A DNA stretch of 64,000 bases from a virus (IMGVR_UViG_3300017917_003366); one strand, 5' to 3'; positions 1 through 10,586 are shown, counted from the stretch's first letter. Translations and numbers: made by a program. The notes: generated by a model from the letters alone, not told the origin.

Positions 1-414
1 CTTATCTTCGGGTTTATTTTCAGCAATTAAGTTGCCGGTAATAAAAATTAAATTATTTGAATCTAATCCATATTTGTTACCAATCAAATTCATATTAAGT
101 GAAATATGTTCCCCATAAAAATATTCGGTCATGGCATTTATTACCACCTTACATTTTCCTCGTTTCGCATGTTCCACCAATTTATTTGATAATATAATCG
201 ACGAGGCAAAATTTGGGTCTGGTTTTCCATCTATAAAATAAATAAAATTTACGTCTTCATTAATTAGTTCATCAACCGTTCCTTTTCTAAAATTAATTTG
301 GTTTTTATTTATTCCTGAAATTAAGAAACCATATGATAAGCTCATTTCTTTACCATACACATTTGATATCGGCCACCCGTCATCACTTATTTTATCAAAA
401 CCAAAACAACACAT
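1..414 (-). CDS. Hypothetical protein, 3'-truncated by window edge (MCCFGFDKISDDGWPISNVY...)
   Basis: Own translation: ATG at 414-412 overlaps the TAA of the radical SAM gene (TAATG); 138 codons open to position 1. Not in the ORF track. Confidence 0.75.
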   Translation of the reverse strand, partial: MCCFGFDKISDDGWPISNVYGKEMSLSYGFLISGINKNQINFRKGTVDELINEDVNFIYFIDGKPDPNFASSIILSNKLVEHAKRGKCKVVINAMTEYFYGEHISLNMNLIGNKYGLDSNNLIFITGNLIAENKPEDK

Positions 415-1796
415 TAAATTTCTATGGTTTTACAAAAATTATAGAATTCTTCTAATTCGGGAAATGTTTTAATAAAGTCAGTGCCTCTTCTTTTGTCATG
501 CTCGGAAAAGAATTTATAAAAATCGTGTCGATTTCTCATTTGTTGATTTGTATCCTGTGGTGAAATCATCCAATCGTAAATTCTTTTAATTTTATCCACT
601 TCAATATCAACAAATCCCGGAAAAGTATCGGTATGGTCTCTTAACGAATCGGCCAATAAATAATGATTATAAATGTTATCAGATAAATCGTATGGTAAAA
701 CCTGAACAGATTGGTGTAGGGGGTATCTTAAATAAGATGAATCTAAAAATACTGCGGGGTTCCAATATCTATCATTAGAATTAAACTGTTTTTTTAACGA
801 ATGTACACCTCTAATTAACTTATCATAATTAAAAACAGATAGGGCGTTATATGTTGACATGAATACGATAACCACTCTATTAGTTTTTGATAATATTTTA
901 GTTACGTTGTCCCAAAAACGATTGAACTCCATACCGTTACGGATATATTCCGCTTGGTTTCCCCAAGTATCGCAAGAGGTATACAAAACAAGTTCTTTTA
1001 CTAAATTATTATCCTCAATAATTTTAATCTTATCAATCAATCTATCAATTAGGTCATCAGGAGAACCTAAATTTGAATTAATACCCAACTTTAAATCTCT
1101 ATTTGGGTTTGGTTCATTAATTATGTAGTCAAGGATTTTCCATGTATCATTCATCAAAAGTGGTTCACCACCTGTTATTCTAAATGTATGTAAATCCCTA
1201 TACAGTTCTGGCCACCATTTCCAAAACGCCTCCACATATGGATTATGTTCCGTATGTGGTATCGGCATTTGCCCAATTGAATTCAAATACTCGAGATTAT
1301 TAAAATTCTCAAACGTTGGGTATCCTCCAAATTTTTTTGATTCCTGTACCCATTGAGAAGAAAATGATGGTCCACAATAAGAACACTTGAAATTACAAAT
1401 ATTGGAAAATGCAACCTCAACATATCTTGGATTAAAGTCGGCTCTCCAATCTAAATTTTTAATTTCCTCCATATGTGGATGTGACCATGGTTCGTGTGAT
1501 TTATAAACTCTATCTGAAAATTTATCAGAATTATCCTCCACATTCCAACAATACTCACATTCAGATGGTCGTTTACCGTCTAACATCTCTTTTCTACGTT
1601 CCTTTTTATATTTTGTATTATGTAGTGCTGACGGGTTTCTTATTAATTCTGAAACCGGAATTTTATGTGTTGATGGGTGGTGACAAGAATGTGTCTGTCC
1701 CATTTGTAAGTGTATGGTTACTTGTGTCCATTTTGCCAAGCAAAACCCACAACCCGTTGAATTTAATTCGTCTTTTACGTTTTGATGTGATATCAT
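414..1796 (-). CDS. Radical SAM protein with N-terminal Cys/His (twitch/SPASM-like) region
   Basis: CxxxCxxC motif (NICNFKCSYC), GGEP motif (ITGGEPLL), extra CGFCLAKW, HSCHH and CEYCW motifs. Confidence 0.9.
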   Translation of the reverse strand: MISHQNVKDELNSTGCGFCLAKWTQVTIHLQMGQTHSCHHPSTHKIPVSELIRNPSALHNTKYKKERRKEMLDGKRPSECEYCWNVEDNSDKFSDRVYKSHEPWSHPHMEEIKNLDWRADFNPRYVEVAFSNICNFKCSYCGPSFSSQWVQESKKFGGYPTFENFNNLEYLNSIGQMPIPHTEHNPYVEAFWKWWPELYRDLHTFRITGGEPLLMNDTWKILDYIINEPNPNRDLKLGINSNLGSPDDLIDRLIDKIKIIEDNNLVKELVLYTSCDTWGNQAEYIRNGMEFNRFWDNVTKILSKTNRVVIVFMSTYNALSVFNYDKLIRGVHSLKKQFNSNDRYWNPAVFLDSSYLRYPLHQSVQVLPYDLSDNIYNHYLLADSLRDHTDTFPGFVDIEVDKIKRIYDWMISPQDTNQQMRNRHDFYKFFSEHDKRRGTDFIKTFPELEEFYNFCKTIEI

Positions 1797-3178
1797 GTTG
1801 TTGTGTTTATCATTAATACATTATTTAACCCAAATGGATTTTCTTGGGTACCTTCTATTTTAAGTTTTTCCATTATTTGTTTAAAACCATCTGACTTATA
1901 ATCAATTTTTCTTTGTTGCATCTCTGTAACAAATCTTTTTTCATTTTTTGCGGTAGTTGCACCTTTAGCCCAAGTACCATTCACAAACCCTTCGTCGGTA
2001 TGAGATAAACAGTAAAACGAACCTTCTCTTCTGTATGGTAAAATGTTACCAATCACATTGATGTCTTCAGTTCCGTATTCTATGTTTTCATGGTCGATTT
2101 CAAAGTATTCATTACTATAATCGTAATCCATCACCAAATCATTCTCTTCGTTATAGATTTTTATTTCCGCAACTTTACCTTTAAAATAGGTATTTTGATT
2201 TGGACAAAATCCAACAGTGAATGGTCTGACAGAATCAAAACTTTTCATATCTCCAATATAAATTGATTCATTCTCTTTGATACCGTTGATATTCGTTTCT
2301 AACTCATCATTCACATAGAAATATAATTTACCTGTTGGTTTATCGTATTTGTATGTCACCCTTGTCCACAACCCTTCTTGTCTTTTTGCCCAATTATATT
2401 TCACATCACCGGTTTTATCTGTACCCAAGAATGTAACCGCTCTTGAATTGTTGAATGATAAACCCCATGTGTTTCCACCTTCTTTTCTGAGTATCGGATA
2501 TTCTATGAATTTTCTTGCGGGGTCACCAACTAACCATATGGGTACCTTTTCATTTTGTTGTTCGGGATAGAATAATACACTAACCGTGTGAGTATTATTC
2601 AATGCAGTACTTATTTCTCGATTACAACCCAACCTTAATGATGAGTTCTCTCCATTGAATTCGATGTATCCTCGGTCTTTATATTGTTCACTTATTTTAT
2701 ATTCAACATAGTTTTCAAAGTAACATCTCCAAAACAAATCGTCATCTTCTTGACCCCAATCCCAATATTCATTTGAGTAACCGTTGGTTCTTTCAACATG
2801 TTCTTTAGTGAATAAAACAACTCCACCGAAATACTGGTCATAACCCAAACCATACTGGTATTTTGACAACTTAGTGGCAATGTGTATTGGATTCTCCTCA
2901 GGATATGAATAATCGGGTAATGTATCCATATGTTTTGTGTAAGCCAACATATCTACGTCATGCCAAGCGATATAATCACAACCATCTTCAAATGCGTATT
3001 TCGCAGCAATATTCTTCATCATACCTCTATTAAAAAGATTGTCATCAACTTGATGTCCCACATAAAATTTATGGTCAATTCCTCTTTCATTTAGGTATGA
3101 AGAAAGATGTGGAACCAATCTATCGAGATGCTCCTTTCTATTTCTATATGGTATACAAATTCCTAATTTATGTTTCAT
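1793..3178 (-). CDS. GT7 (beta-1,4-galactosyltransferase-like) glycosyltransferase with inserted LamG/ConA-like domain
   Basis: IPYRNR, FNRG..KN, HDVD (DxD), YFGGV, NGYSNEYWDWGQEDDDL; LamG-like segment about aa 165-365; GT7 tail (LSH..., KSDG) resumes after it. Confidence 0.88.
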   Translation of the reverse strand: MKHKLGICIPYRNRKEHLDRLVPHLSSYLNERGIDHKFYVGHQVDDNLFNRGMMKNIAAKYAFEDGCDYIAWHDVDMLAYTKHMDTLPDYSYPEENPIHIATKLSKYQYGLGYDQYFGGVVLFTKEHVERTNGYSNEYWDWGQEDDDLFWRCYFENYVEYKISEQYKDRGYIEFNGENSSLRLGCNREISTALNNTHTVSVLFYPEQQNEKVPIWLVGDPARKFIEYPILRKEGGNTWGLSFNNSRAVTFLGTDKTGDVKYNWAKRQEGLWTRVTYKYDKPTGKLYFYVNDELETNINGIKENESIYIGDMKSFDSVRPFTVGFCPNQNTYFKGKVAEIKIYNEENDLVMDYDYSNEYFEIDHENIEYGTEDINVIGNILPYRREGSFYCLSHTDEGFVNGTWAKGATTAKNEKRFVTEMQQRKIDYKSDGFKQIMEKLKIEGTQENPFGLNNVLMINTTT

Positions 3179-4584
3179 ATTCCTACAACTACATGTATTT
3201 GTTGTTTAACTTTTGAAAGAGAATGTTCAACAAAATCACAATTAGATAAACCATCTTCTTTTGTGTTTCTGTATCCTTTCTGTACCTCATTGTAAAACTT
3301 TAATTGATTATATCTTGTCATATCACTCTTCCATCCGGTCTTAACGAATCCATTCTCTTCATGGGTTAATAATTCAAATGTTGATTTTCTTCTAAATGGA
3401 ACATCGATTGTTTTTGATTCAGAATACGATTCACCAACAATTTCACAGTTATAAATTTCACCATCATTATCTCCACACAAGTCAATTAATTTATAACCCC
3501 TAATGAATTTAGAATCGTAGTAAAGTATCAACGCGTGGTCAGATGAGTATCTTCCAAAACTTTGTGTTAAACCAAAGTATTTGTTATTCGATATCTCCCT
3601 GATTTCCGAATATGGTAATTCTTTATTGAATACTGCAAATGAACTAATCAAACCTCTGTAATAATTCTGGTCTCTTTTTCTTGTTGGGTCACCGACACCT
3701 AAATAAAAGAATTCTTCCTTCTCATATTTGTGAAGTGTTCTATAACTTTCCTGTGAAACCAAATCACCATCTTGATAGAATTTAATTAGGTTATCGTTTG
3801 GATTAATGGTAACCGCTACGTTGGTTCTGTAGTTTGTTTTGATGTTTGAATATTGGTAGATGATATTTCTACCCCCATCAAATATTTCTAATGTGTATCG
3901 GGCGTAAGAATTATATGTTACAGTGAAATCATAACCGGCAATTGAGAATACGGAATATTTGTCATCCATTTTTTCGTGGTCACAAATAAACTCATCAGGA
4001 AAGAATGAAATAAAGATGGTAAACTCCTCTCTTTGTTTGAAGAAGTTCTTACCTCGAACATATGCATCAACTCCATTGAATTTAAGTGATGCAACATTAC
4101 CTCCCTTCATTTCAATTTCTTTAACATCCAATGGAATACCATTTATCTTACATCTATGTAAAAGGTCGGTATCTTCATATCCCCATCCCCAATAATCATT
4201 TGAGTATCCATTAATGTGTTCAAACATGATTACAGGAAATATTGTAACTCCACCAAAGTATTCATCAAATACAATTCTTTTTGTTTCACCAATGAAATCG
4301 GTTGCCATTTGAACCGGTACATCTGAATATGAATAATCAACATCAACCGGTATCATATCCACATCATGAAATGCAACATAATCACATTTATTTTTCTTAG
4401 CATATAGAAACCCTACATTCAACAGTTTACCTCTGTTAAATGCTTTACCATCATCTTGTTCAACCACAATTAATTCAAAATCAATTCCTTTTTCATTTAG
4501 ATAGGGAATGATTTTTTTCTTGAATGTTTGTAGGTGTTCAAATCGGTCACGATAGGGAACTATAACACCAAGTTTCTTATCCAT
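3175..4584 (-). CDS. GT7 glycosyltransferase paralogue with inserted LamG/ConA-like domain
   Basis: VPYRDR, FNRGKLLNVG, FHDVD, YFGGV, NGYSNDYWGWGYEDTDL; then LamG (FNGVDAYV, VAVTI, FYQDG, YYRGLISSFAVFNKEL); then GT7 tail (LTH..., EDGLSN). Confidence 0.9.
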   Translation of the reverse strand: MDKKLGVIVPYRDRFEHLQTFKKKIIPYLNEKGIDFELIVVEQDDGKAFNRGKLLNVGFLYAKKNKCDYVAFHDVDMIPVDVDYSYSDVPVQMATDFIGETKRIVFDEYFGGVTIFPVIMFEHINGYSNDYWGWGYEDTDLLHRCKINGIPLDVKEIEMKGGNVASLKFNGVDAYVRGKNFFKQREEFTIFISFFPDEFICDHEKMDDKYSVFSIAGYDFTVTYNSYARYTLEIFDGGRNIIYQYSNIKTNYRTNVAVTINPNDNLIKFYQDGDLVSQESYRTLHKYEKEEFFYLGVGDPTRKRDQNYYRGLISSFAVFNKELPYSEIREISNNKYFGLTQSFGRYSSDHALILYYDSKFIRGYKLIDLCGDNDGEIYNCEIVGESYSESKTIDVPFRRKSTFELLTHEENGFVKTGWKSDMTRYNQLKFYNEVQKGYRNTKEDGLSNCDFVEHSLSKVKQQIHVVVGI

Positions 4585-4795
4585 TTATGGTTGGGTCCTT
4601 CGGTTTAATTGAATTATGCCATTCAGATAGATACCATTGGATTCTATCTCCCCACTCTTTCTTATCTACTTCTTCGAACCACACGGTTAATGCATCCAAA
4701 GAGTTGGCAATCTTCTCAAGTGCCTTAACTTTTCTTTGTTCAAGAAGTAAGAATTCGTTTTGTTCTTCCGAATTGGTTGTTTTTCTTCCACTCAT
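4577..4795 (-). CDS. Hypothetical protein (72 aa)
   Basis: ORF overlaps both neighbours in operon fashion; plausible helical composition. Confidence 0.6.
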   Translation of the reverse strand: MSGRKTTNSEEQNEFLLLEQRKVKALEKIANSLDALTVWFEEVDKKEWGDRIQWYLSEWHNSIKPKDPTING

Positions 4796-5649
4796 ATTGT
4801 TATGATTTTTTTTATTAATTTATTCCATTGTTTATATTTTTTATATTCAGGTTTGGTTAAACCTTTTTCAAACATAAACTCCGGGTCATCCAAATTGATA
4901 TGTCCTCTCATTTTGGATACTTCTTTGTACATTTTTCTATACTCTTCAGAAAATGCATACTCCTGATTAATCGACGCAACATTTCTCATACGTTGAGTTG
5001 ATGTTGAATCCCATTTAAAGTGATGTACTTGGACAGTATGTGATGGTACTGGTGCAATTAATGGATGATTCCACCCTTGCCATCTCCAAGTAGTATGGTT
5101 AAGTATTTTTGCGTAGTGTTGACCGTTGGTAATTTCAACATATCCCTTAACAACACAAATTTTGTTTGGACATGCGTCACTCATCGGGTATCTGAAGAAT
5201 CCTGCGTTCGGAAATTGTTTCCAAAGTGAATCTTTTTGATTTATTTCGGGGAATGTACCATCGGGACCGATTCTATCAATGAAACCACCTCTTACGATGT
5301 CCCAATTATTGGTTTCACAATCGATTATTAATTGTCTTAAATCATCTTCAGGGTAAAGATGTAACTCATCAATGTCGGCAATCACCCACCAATCATTTGG
5401 GTGTTCTCTTTTAACGTAATTGTATAGTTGTGTAACCTTCTCCCAATCAAAAACCCTATCATATACGGTTTTGACAATCTTTACATTGGGATACTCGTCA
5501 ATAATCTGATTAACTTCGTTAACCAGCTCTCGGTATAAATCAGATTCGTATACCACGAGGTTAATTTCGTCCACATATCTCTGATAGTGTTCAATATAAT
5601 GTTTAAGGAGATTAGTTCCATGACCTATTACACTTAATGCTCGTATCAT
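4792..5649 (-). CDS. Glycosyltransferase family 2-like (GT-A fold) protein
   Basis: LLKHYIEHY near N-terminus, WWVIADIDE (DxD) motif, NKIC...GQH and HHFKW segments typical of GT2/GT92-like proteins. Confidence 0.72.
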   Translation of the reverse strand: MIRALSVIGHGTNLLKHYIEHYQRYVDEINLVVYESDLYRELVNEVNQIIDEYPNVKIVKTVYDRVFDWEKVTQLYNYVKREHPNDWWVIADIDELHLYPEDDLRQLIIDCETNNWDIVRGGFIDRIGPDGTFPEINQKDSLWKQFPNAGFFRYPMSDACPNKICVVKGYVEITNGQHYAKILNHTTWRWQGWNHPLIAPVPSHTVQVHHFKWDSTSTQRMRNVASINQEYAFSEEYRKMYKEVSKMRGHINLDDPEFMFEKGLTKPEYKKYKQWNKLIKKIITI

Positions 5650-6374
5650 TTCTTTCTATTAATAATCGTAATTCCAGTTGATGATGGCTTTGTAGGAATT
5701 ATACGAAAATTGAATAGATTTATCAAGTTCCAATCAGGATTTTCTTGGATTTCTTTTATGAGTTTGGGTGGACCGTCGAACTTATGGTAATCTTTCTTGG
5801 CATCTTCCGAAACAATTAGATTATTTTCATAATTTTCATCGGTATCGTGAATTACGATGATACCATTCTCGGATAATAATTTGGAATAGAGTTCGAAGTC
5901 CTTTTTCACTCCTTCATAAGTATGGTCACCATCAATAAAGAGAAAATCAATCTTTATATCTTGTAAAGTAAAAAAGTTATAGTACGCGTTTTCTGAAGTA
6001 TTTTTAATAAATCGTGGGTAAAACGTTTTTCTATAGAAAGAATCTTCATTATCTAAATCAGTTTGTCCACCAATTCCATTACACGCATCAACCACATAGG
6101 TTGCACCGATGTCACCCCAATTATAATCGGGATTACCTTCAAAAATACCTTGTTTGTGAAGGTCAATACGTGCTTGGGTAATGATACGAGGAATGAACCC
6201 ACCACCAGAACCGATACATACACAGTTCTTTGCCCTTAATTGTTGGATAAGAGCATAAACAACAATCCCGTCACCTATGTGGAAGTCGGTTGCACCGTGT
6301 GTCCAACGATAGGGAACGGGATTATCTCCGTTGTTTGTTATAAACTGATTAATAAAGTCACTATTGGTTATCAC
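5646..6374 (-). CDS. Class I SAM-dependent methyltransferase (Methyltransf_24-like)
   Basis: CIGSGGG glycine loop, IDFLFIDGDHTYEGVKKDF, GIIVIHD; GTG start. Confidence 0.85.
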   Translation of the reverse strand: MITNSDFINQFITNNGDNPVPYRWTHGATDFHIGDGIVVYALIQQLRAKNCVCIGSGGGFIPRIITQARIDLHKQGIFEGNPDYNWGDIGATYVVDACNGIGGQTDLDNEDSFYRKTFYPRFIKNTSENAYYNFFTLQDIKIDFLFIDGDHTYEGVKKDFELYSKLLSENGIIVIHDTDENYENNLIVSEDAKKDYHKFDGPPKLIKEIQENPDWNLINLFNFRIIPTKPSSTGITIINRKK

Positions 6375-6396
6375 AATAGTGATAATTTACGAAAAA

Positions 6397-6759
6397 TTAT
6401 TCAGGTTGTGAAGGGGTCGGGAACATTTCAGGGTCCATAGGGACTGTCCACTCTTCAGTTGCCAATAGTGATAAAATTTCTTCGTGATTGTATTCGGGAA
6501 ATACACCGTTATAGATTGATGGTCTTCCGTAAATACCTGCGGCAATTGTTGATGTCATTTCCTCCATTGTTTCGGGATTAATGAACGTATTGATTATATC
6601 ATTTTCAACGATATTAATTTCGTACTTAATAAATGTTTTAGTTCCGTCAACGGAATAACGAAGTGTCTCAGGTGAGTTCTCGTGAACCTGATTAAAATCT
6701 ACGTTTTCTACTTCTGTAGATGGAATTACCAACCATCTTCTGTTAGGGAAATTGCTCAT
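6397..6759 (-). CDS. Hypothetical protein, probably virion-associated
   Basis: 120-aa ORF ending the adhesin cluster; preceded by the TATTTATA motif. Confidence 0.65.
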   Translation of the reverse strand: MSNFPNRRWLVIPSTEVENVDFNQVHENSPETLRYSVDGTKTFIKYEINIVENDIINTFINPETMEEMTSTIAAGIYGRPSIYNGVFPEYNHEEILSLLATEEWTVPMDPEMFPTPSQPE

Positions 6760-6766
6760 ATTGTTT

Positions 6767-8848
6767 TTATTTTATAAATATTCCATAATGATAATAAGCG
6801 GTCATAGCCGGAGAACCTCCATAGGTTAATGATGGATTATAACCCGCACCTTGGTATAGTGCGGTGTTGTAGTTACTGTTATCGGGAAAACGATTATCGG
6901 TAAATTGTCTTCTGTCCGCGGTATAATAACCTGTACCATCTACATATGGTGAAACATGTGCATTCCATTCATTTTGTGTGTTACTTAATGAATTTCCATC
7001 AATTGCGTAGTGAGTACCCAAACCTCTCGTAACGTCCCAGTTATCAGGTTCTAATGTTTGTTCACTACCCAATATTCTACATCCATTATTAACCAATAAA
7101 TGGTTAACTCGTAAGTGACCTAATGTTCTTGCGATTGAACAATAATCCAATCCTCTATTATATGTCGTTTTACCCAAACCACCTTGAGCATAATACGTAC
7201 TCGATATTTGTCTTCCTCCACTACCCTGACCAGGTGTATTCATTATTGTTTGAAACGTTTGTCCTGTAAAACTTGAAAGTAGTTGCCATGCGGCCCAACT
7301 CTCATTACCAAACTCGGTACCATTATTATGAACCTTTATCATCCATTTTGTACATGGATAATATCTAAAAATATCTCGATTTCTGTATTGTCCCGTTGTT
7401 GTATATGGTAATGAAGGGTTTCCGATTTCTGAACCTGCGTTTATCCAATTATCATAATCATTCCACGTTAAATTGGTATCGCCAAAATAATCACTCTTTA
7501 TATTCATAACCAACATCCAACCCTCACCATTTTTAAATTCACAATAGGTTTGTTTTGTTGATGTTCCATTATTAATCCAATAAACACCGTTTGTTTTAAT
7601 ACCCAAATCTGCCAAGTATTGTGCTGAGGGTGCCGCCAATGCTGACGTACTACCATCTTTAATTGCCGGTAATGAAAATCTACCTCTATAATGTTCGTAA
7701 TTATTTAAAATTTCTTGTTCGGTTAATGCTCTATTGTAAACTTTAGTAACATCTACTTGACCATTTAATTTATATGTACCATATCCACCATGGTTACTTT
7801 GGCCAATCCATGTCCCAAATAATGGGTATGCACCCATTTTTGTACCTGTATATACCCCTGCAGGTTGTCCATTGATATATAATTTTATTCTACCATCTGT
7901 CGCACTTGTAGTTTCATATATCGCAGCGACATGATTATAGTTTGTTTTTGATTGACACGCAACAGTTGCGTTTCCATTAACGGTAAATTGATATCCGGGT
8001 GTATCGGGGGGACCACTCCTTGTTGCTAAACTGACAATATCGGATGAATAGTTATACCACAAATTAAAACGATAATTTTCAAATAATGGACCGTCATTAC
8101 CCGAAGCACCACTGGCAATTTTAAAAACTTGCTCAACAGTTACCGCAGAAACACTTGCAGGAAAATAATCACTAACATTACCTAAATCAATTCTATCATC
8201 TGTCCCATCTAAAATAGGTTTACCATTCACATCAAAAGATGCTGCGGATAAATCAATGGTGGTTAATCCCATAACATCCAATAATCCTTGAGTTGCACTT
8301 CTTGTTCCGTTAACAAATGGTGTAGCAACCGAACCCGCCTCGACTTGTGGCATCGTTACTTCCCATGAAGAATAACTACCACCATAGGTTCCTCCATAAG
8401 AAATTAAATAAAAATTCACACTTGTTGTGGAAAATGTTCTTGTTGCGGACACTCTAACCCATTCCCCTATTGATTTACTATGCCCCTGAGCGGTGTCTCC
8501 TATACCCCCACCACTTGTATAAATAACTCCCCCATTATTGTCTGAAGCTCCCCCCAAATACCTAATATATGCAGATAATGTATATGTTCCGGTACTTGGT
8601 AATGATATACCCTTTACGATACCGTTCCACGAACCTCTGTTATACATTTTATAACCGGTGGTTCCAAATTCAGTAATAAATGTCCCATCATTACCATTAT
8701 CATAAGTTGACCAACCAGACATAGTTGATGCATCTGATACTAAATTAGTTGTTGGTTTACCTTTATATGACGCATCGGTATCACCAACGTCATATCCGAA
8801 GGTTAAACCAGATGTTGATATTTTTCCGTATCCTGTTCTTGTTGCCAT
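6767..8848 (-). CDS. LamG-domain adhesin/tail-fibre protein with inserted jelly-roll domain and C-terminal fibrinogen/intelectin-like domain
   Basis: GKPTTN...TRSATQGLLD cassette; LDGTDDRI, YNHVAAIY, YING, KVYNRALT LamG motifs; C-terminal TNGVYWI..TYCEF..GEGWMLV. Confidence 0.8.
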   Translation of the reverse strand: MATRTGYGKISTSGLTFGYDVGDTDASYKGKPTTNLVSDASTMSGWSTYDNGNDGTFITEFGTTGYKMYNRGSWNGIVKGISLPSTGTYTLSAYIRYLGGASDNNGGVIYTSGGGIGDTAQGHSKSIGEWVRVSATRTFSTTSVNFYLISYGGTYGGSYSSWEVTMPQVEAGSVATPFVNGTRSATQGLLDVMGLTTIDLSAASFDVNGKPILDGTDDRIDLGNVSDYFPASVSAVTVEQVFKIASGASGNDGPLFENYRFNLWYNYSSDIVSLATRSGPPDTPGYQFTVNGNATVACQSKTNYNHVAAIYETTSATDGRIKLYINGQPAGVYTGTKMGAYPLFGTWIGQSNHGGYGTYKLNGQVDVTKVYNRALTEQEILNNYEHYRGRFSLPAIKDGSTSALAAPSAQYLADLGIKTNGVYWINNGTSTKQTYCEFKNGEGWMLVMNIKSDYFGDTNLTWNDYDNWINAGSEIGNPSLPYTTTGQYRNRDIFRYYPCTKWMIKVHNNGTEFGNESWAAWQLLSSFTGQTFQTIMNTPGQGSGGRQISSTYYAQGGLGKTTYNRGLDYCSIARTLGHLRVNHLLVNNGCRILGSEQTLEPDNWDVTRGLGTHYAIDGNSLSNTQNEWNAHVSPYVDGTGYYTADRRQFTDNRFPDNSNYNTALYQGAGYNPSLTYGGSPAMTAYYHYGIFIK
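6773..6780 (-). promoter_or_regulatory. TATTTATA putative late promoter
   Basis: 13 nt before ATG 6759; encoded in GIFIK* of the upstream gene. Confidence 0.55.
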
Positions 8849-8849
8849 A

Positions 8850-10586
8850 TTATAATATATCTACTTCTACGTGACTTAGGTATTCTGCCTCGTCCGTTTG
8901 TCCTTGGTCCGCACCCATCACGTGTCTAACTGTTAATGTGTTACCTGTATGGGGATGCCAACCACTATCAATGGTTAGATAACCATCTTGACCATACGAA
9001 CCTCCACCCCATGGTCTATATGTGTACGATTGATGTCCACTCCAAGTTGCCGTTACACCAACTTTTTGAATACTGATGTTCGGTACTAAATTATATTGTT
9101 TTGTAAATCGTAAAAGTTCAACTTCATTTCCTGTCTGATTTGTGATGAATAACTGATTTACTTCATTATCAAGGGAATCGACTAAATGCCAAAACACCTT
9201 ATATCTTATTTGTGTGTGGGAGTGTGATATTGGTAATGTTAATGTGTATGTTACGGGTCCTGAAGTAAAACCATGTGCGGTAACGTTACCCAATCCACCG
9301 AACTGAGCCATGTTATATGTGGTGCTATTATTCCAATTACCAATAAAATAACTTAACGATGCATTACTACCCTCATAGTAATATGGTATAGAATATTTTC
9401 TTCTATATTTCTGAAAATTAATTTGTATTTCACTATCGGCATGTATCCTATCATATATTTTGAATACATCCATTGTCATTGCGGTATAATATGAACCACC
9501 TTCTCGACCTAACTGTATTTCACCACTGTTACTTAATGTACCGACGGTTCCCAATGTTATTGAACCACCAAGGGTACCGTCAACATAAGCTTTCCAATTA
9601 AGACCACTTTTGGTCCAAACAATATGGTGATATCTACCGTCAACAACTAATCTACCGGTGTCACAACTATAATAAGTTCCATCACCATTTCTTCCACCAA
9701 TGGCTAAGTTTCCATTTGCACCGAGTATTAATTCCCAACCTGTTGAATGGTACTTCATTCCAAAAACTTTTAATGAACCTAAATTTGATGTTTCAAATTT
9801 TACAACGGTTTCAATGGTTATGTCATCAATAATTTGAATCGCACCGTAACTAGCAACAGTCATAGAATCGTTAGTACCATCAAAAATAGGTAAACCGGTC
9901 GAATTAAATGTTGCATTGGTCACATCTATGGTTCCATTCCCACTCACATCAATTAATGATTGTGTAACACTTCTTGTTCCCAAAACGAGTGGTGTCATGT
10001 GGTCCTTTTGTTCTAATTGATATCCAAAATATGCCAATTTCTCACCAACATAATCACCGGTATAACTACTCATATAAACGCCTGTTTCATTTGACTGCGT
10101 TGTAAATGTTATACTTAATCTAATCCACTTACCTCTTGGCCAATTCAAATAATTTGTATCACCATTATATGCAAAATATCCAAGTGAATCGTTATTAACT
10201 GCCGTTCTTAAATATGGTGGTACTTGTAATGTACTTCCTTGGAACCAAAAATAAATGGACATGGTATATTGAGTACTTGGTGAGATACCAATAATTGATG
10301 AACCTAATTGTTGGTTAGAACCTGCACCTGTGACTGTTGAACTAAAGATTTTTAATCCTGATGTATTAACATTTGGGATGATTGGTTTAGGTATTGAAGT
10401 ATCATCATCATTAAATGTTGTACTACCACCATTAACCCACCAATTCGAACCCGAATTTAATGAGTTATTTGTTGCATATGCAATATTTGTGGTCGGTTCT
10501 CCTTTAAATGAGTTAACCGTTTCGGTTGTATCAAATCCGAAAACTAATCCGTAATCATTTGTGTATGGTCCTATTGATTGTGACAT
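8850..10586 (-). CDS. LamG-domain adhesin with inserted carbohydrate-binding-like domain and extra C-terminal lectin-like domain
   Basis: GEPTTN...TRSVTQSLID cassette; FDGTNDS, YHHIVWT, YVDG, KIYDR motifs; C-terminal domain after the KYSI helix. Confidence 0.8.
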   Translation of the reverse strand: MSQSIGPYTNDYGLVFGFDTTETVNSFKGEPTTNIAYATNNSLNSGSNWWVNGGSTTFNDDDTSIPKPIIPNVNTSGLKIFSSTVTGAGSNQQLGSSIIGISPSTQYTMSIYFWFQGSTLQVPPYLRTAVNNDSLGYFAYNGDTNYLNWPRGKWIRLSITFTTQSNETGVYMSSYTGDYVGEKLAYFGYQLEQKDHMTPLVLGTRSVTQSLIDVSGNGTIDVTNATFNSTGLPIFDGTNDSMTVASYGAIQIIDDITIETVVKFETSNLGSLKVFGMKYHSTGWELILGANGNLAIGGRNGDGTYYSCDTGRLVVDGRYHHIVWTKSGLNWKAYVDGTLGGSITLGTVGTLSNSGEIQLGREGGSYYTAMTMDVFKIYDRIHADSEIQINFQKYRRKYSIPYYYEGSNASLSYFIGNWNNSTTYNMAQFGGLGNVTAHGFTSGPVTYTLTLPISHSHTQIRYKVFWHLVDSLDNEVNQLFITNQTGNEVELLRFTKQYNLVPNISIQKVGVTATWSGHQSYTYRPWGGGSYGQDGYLTIDSGWHPHTGNTLTVRHVMGADQGQTDEAEYLSHVEVDIL

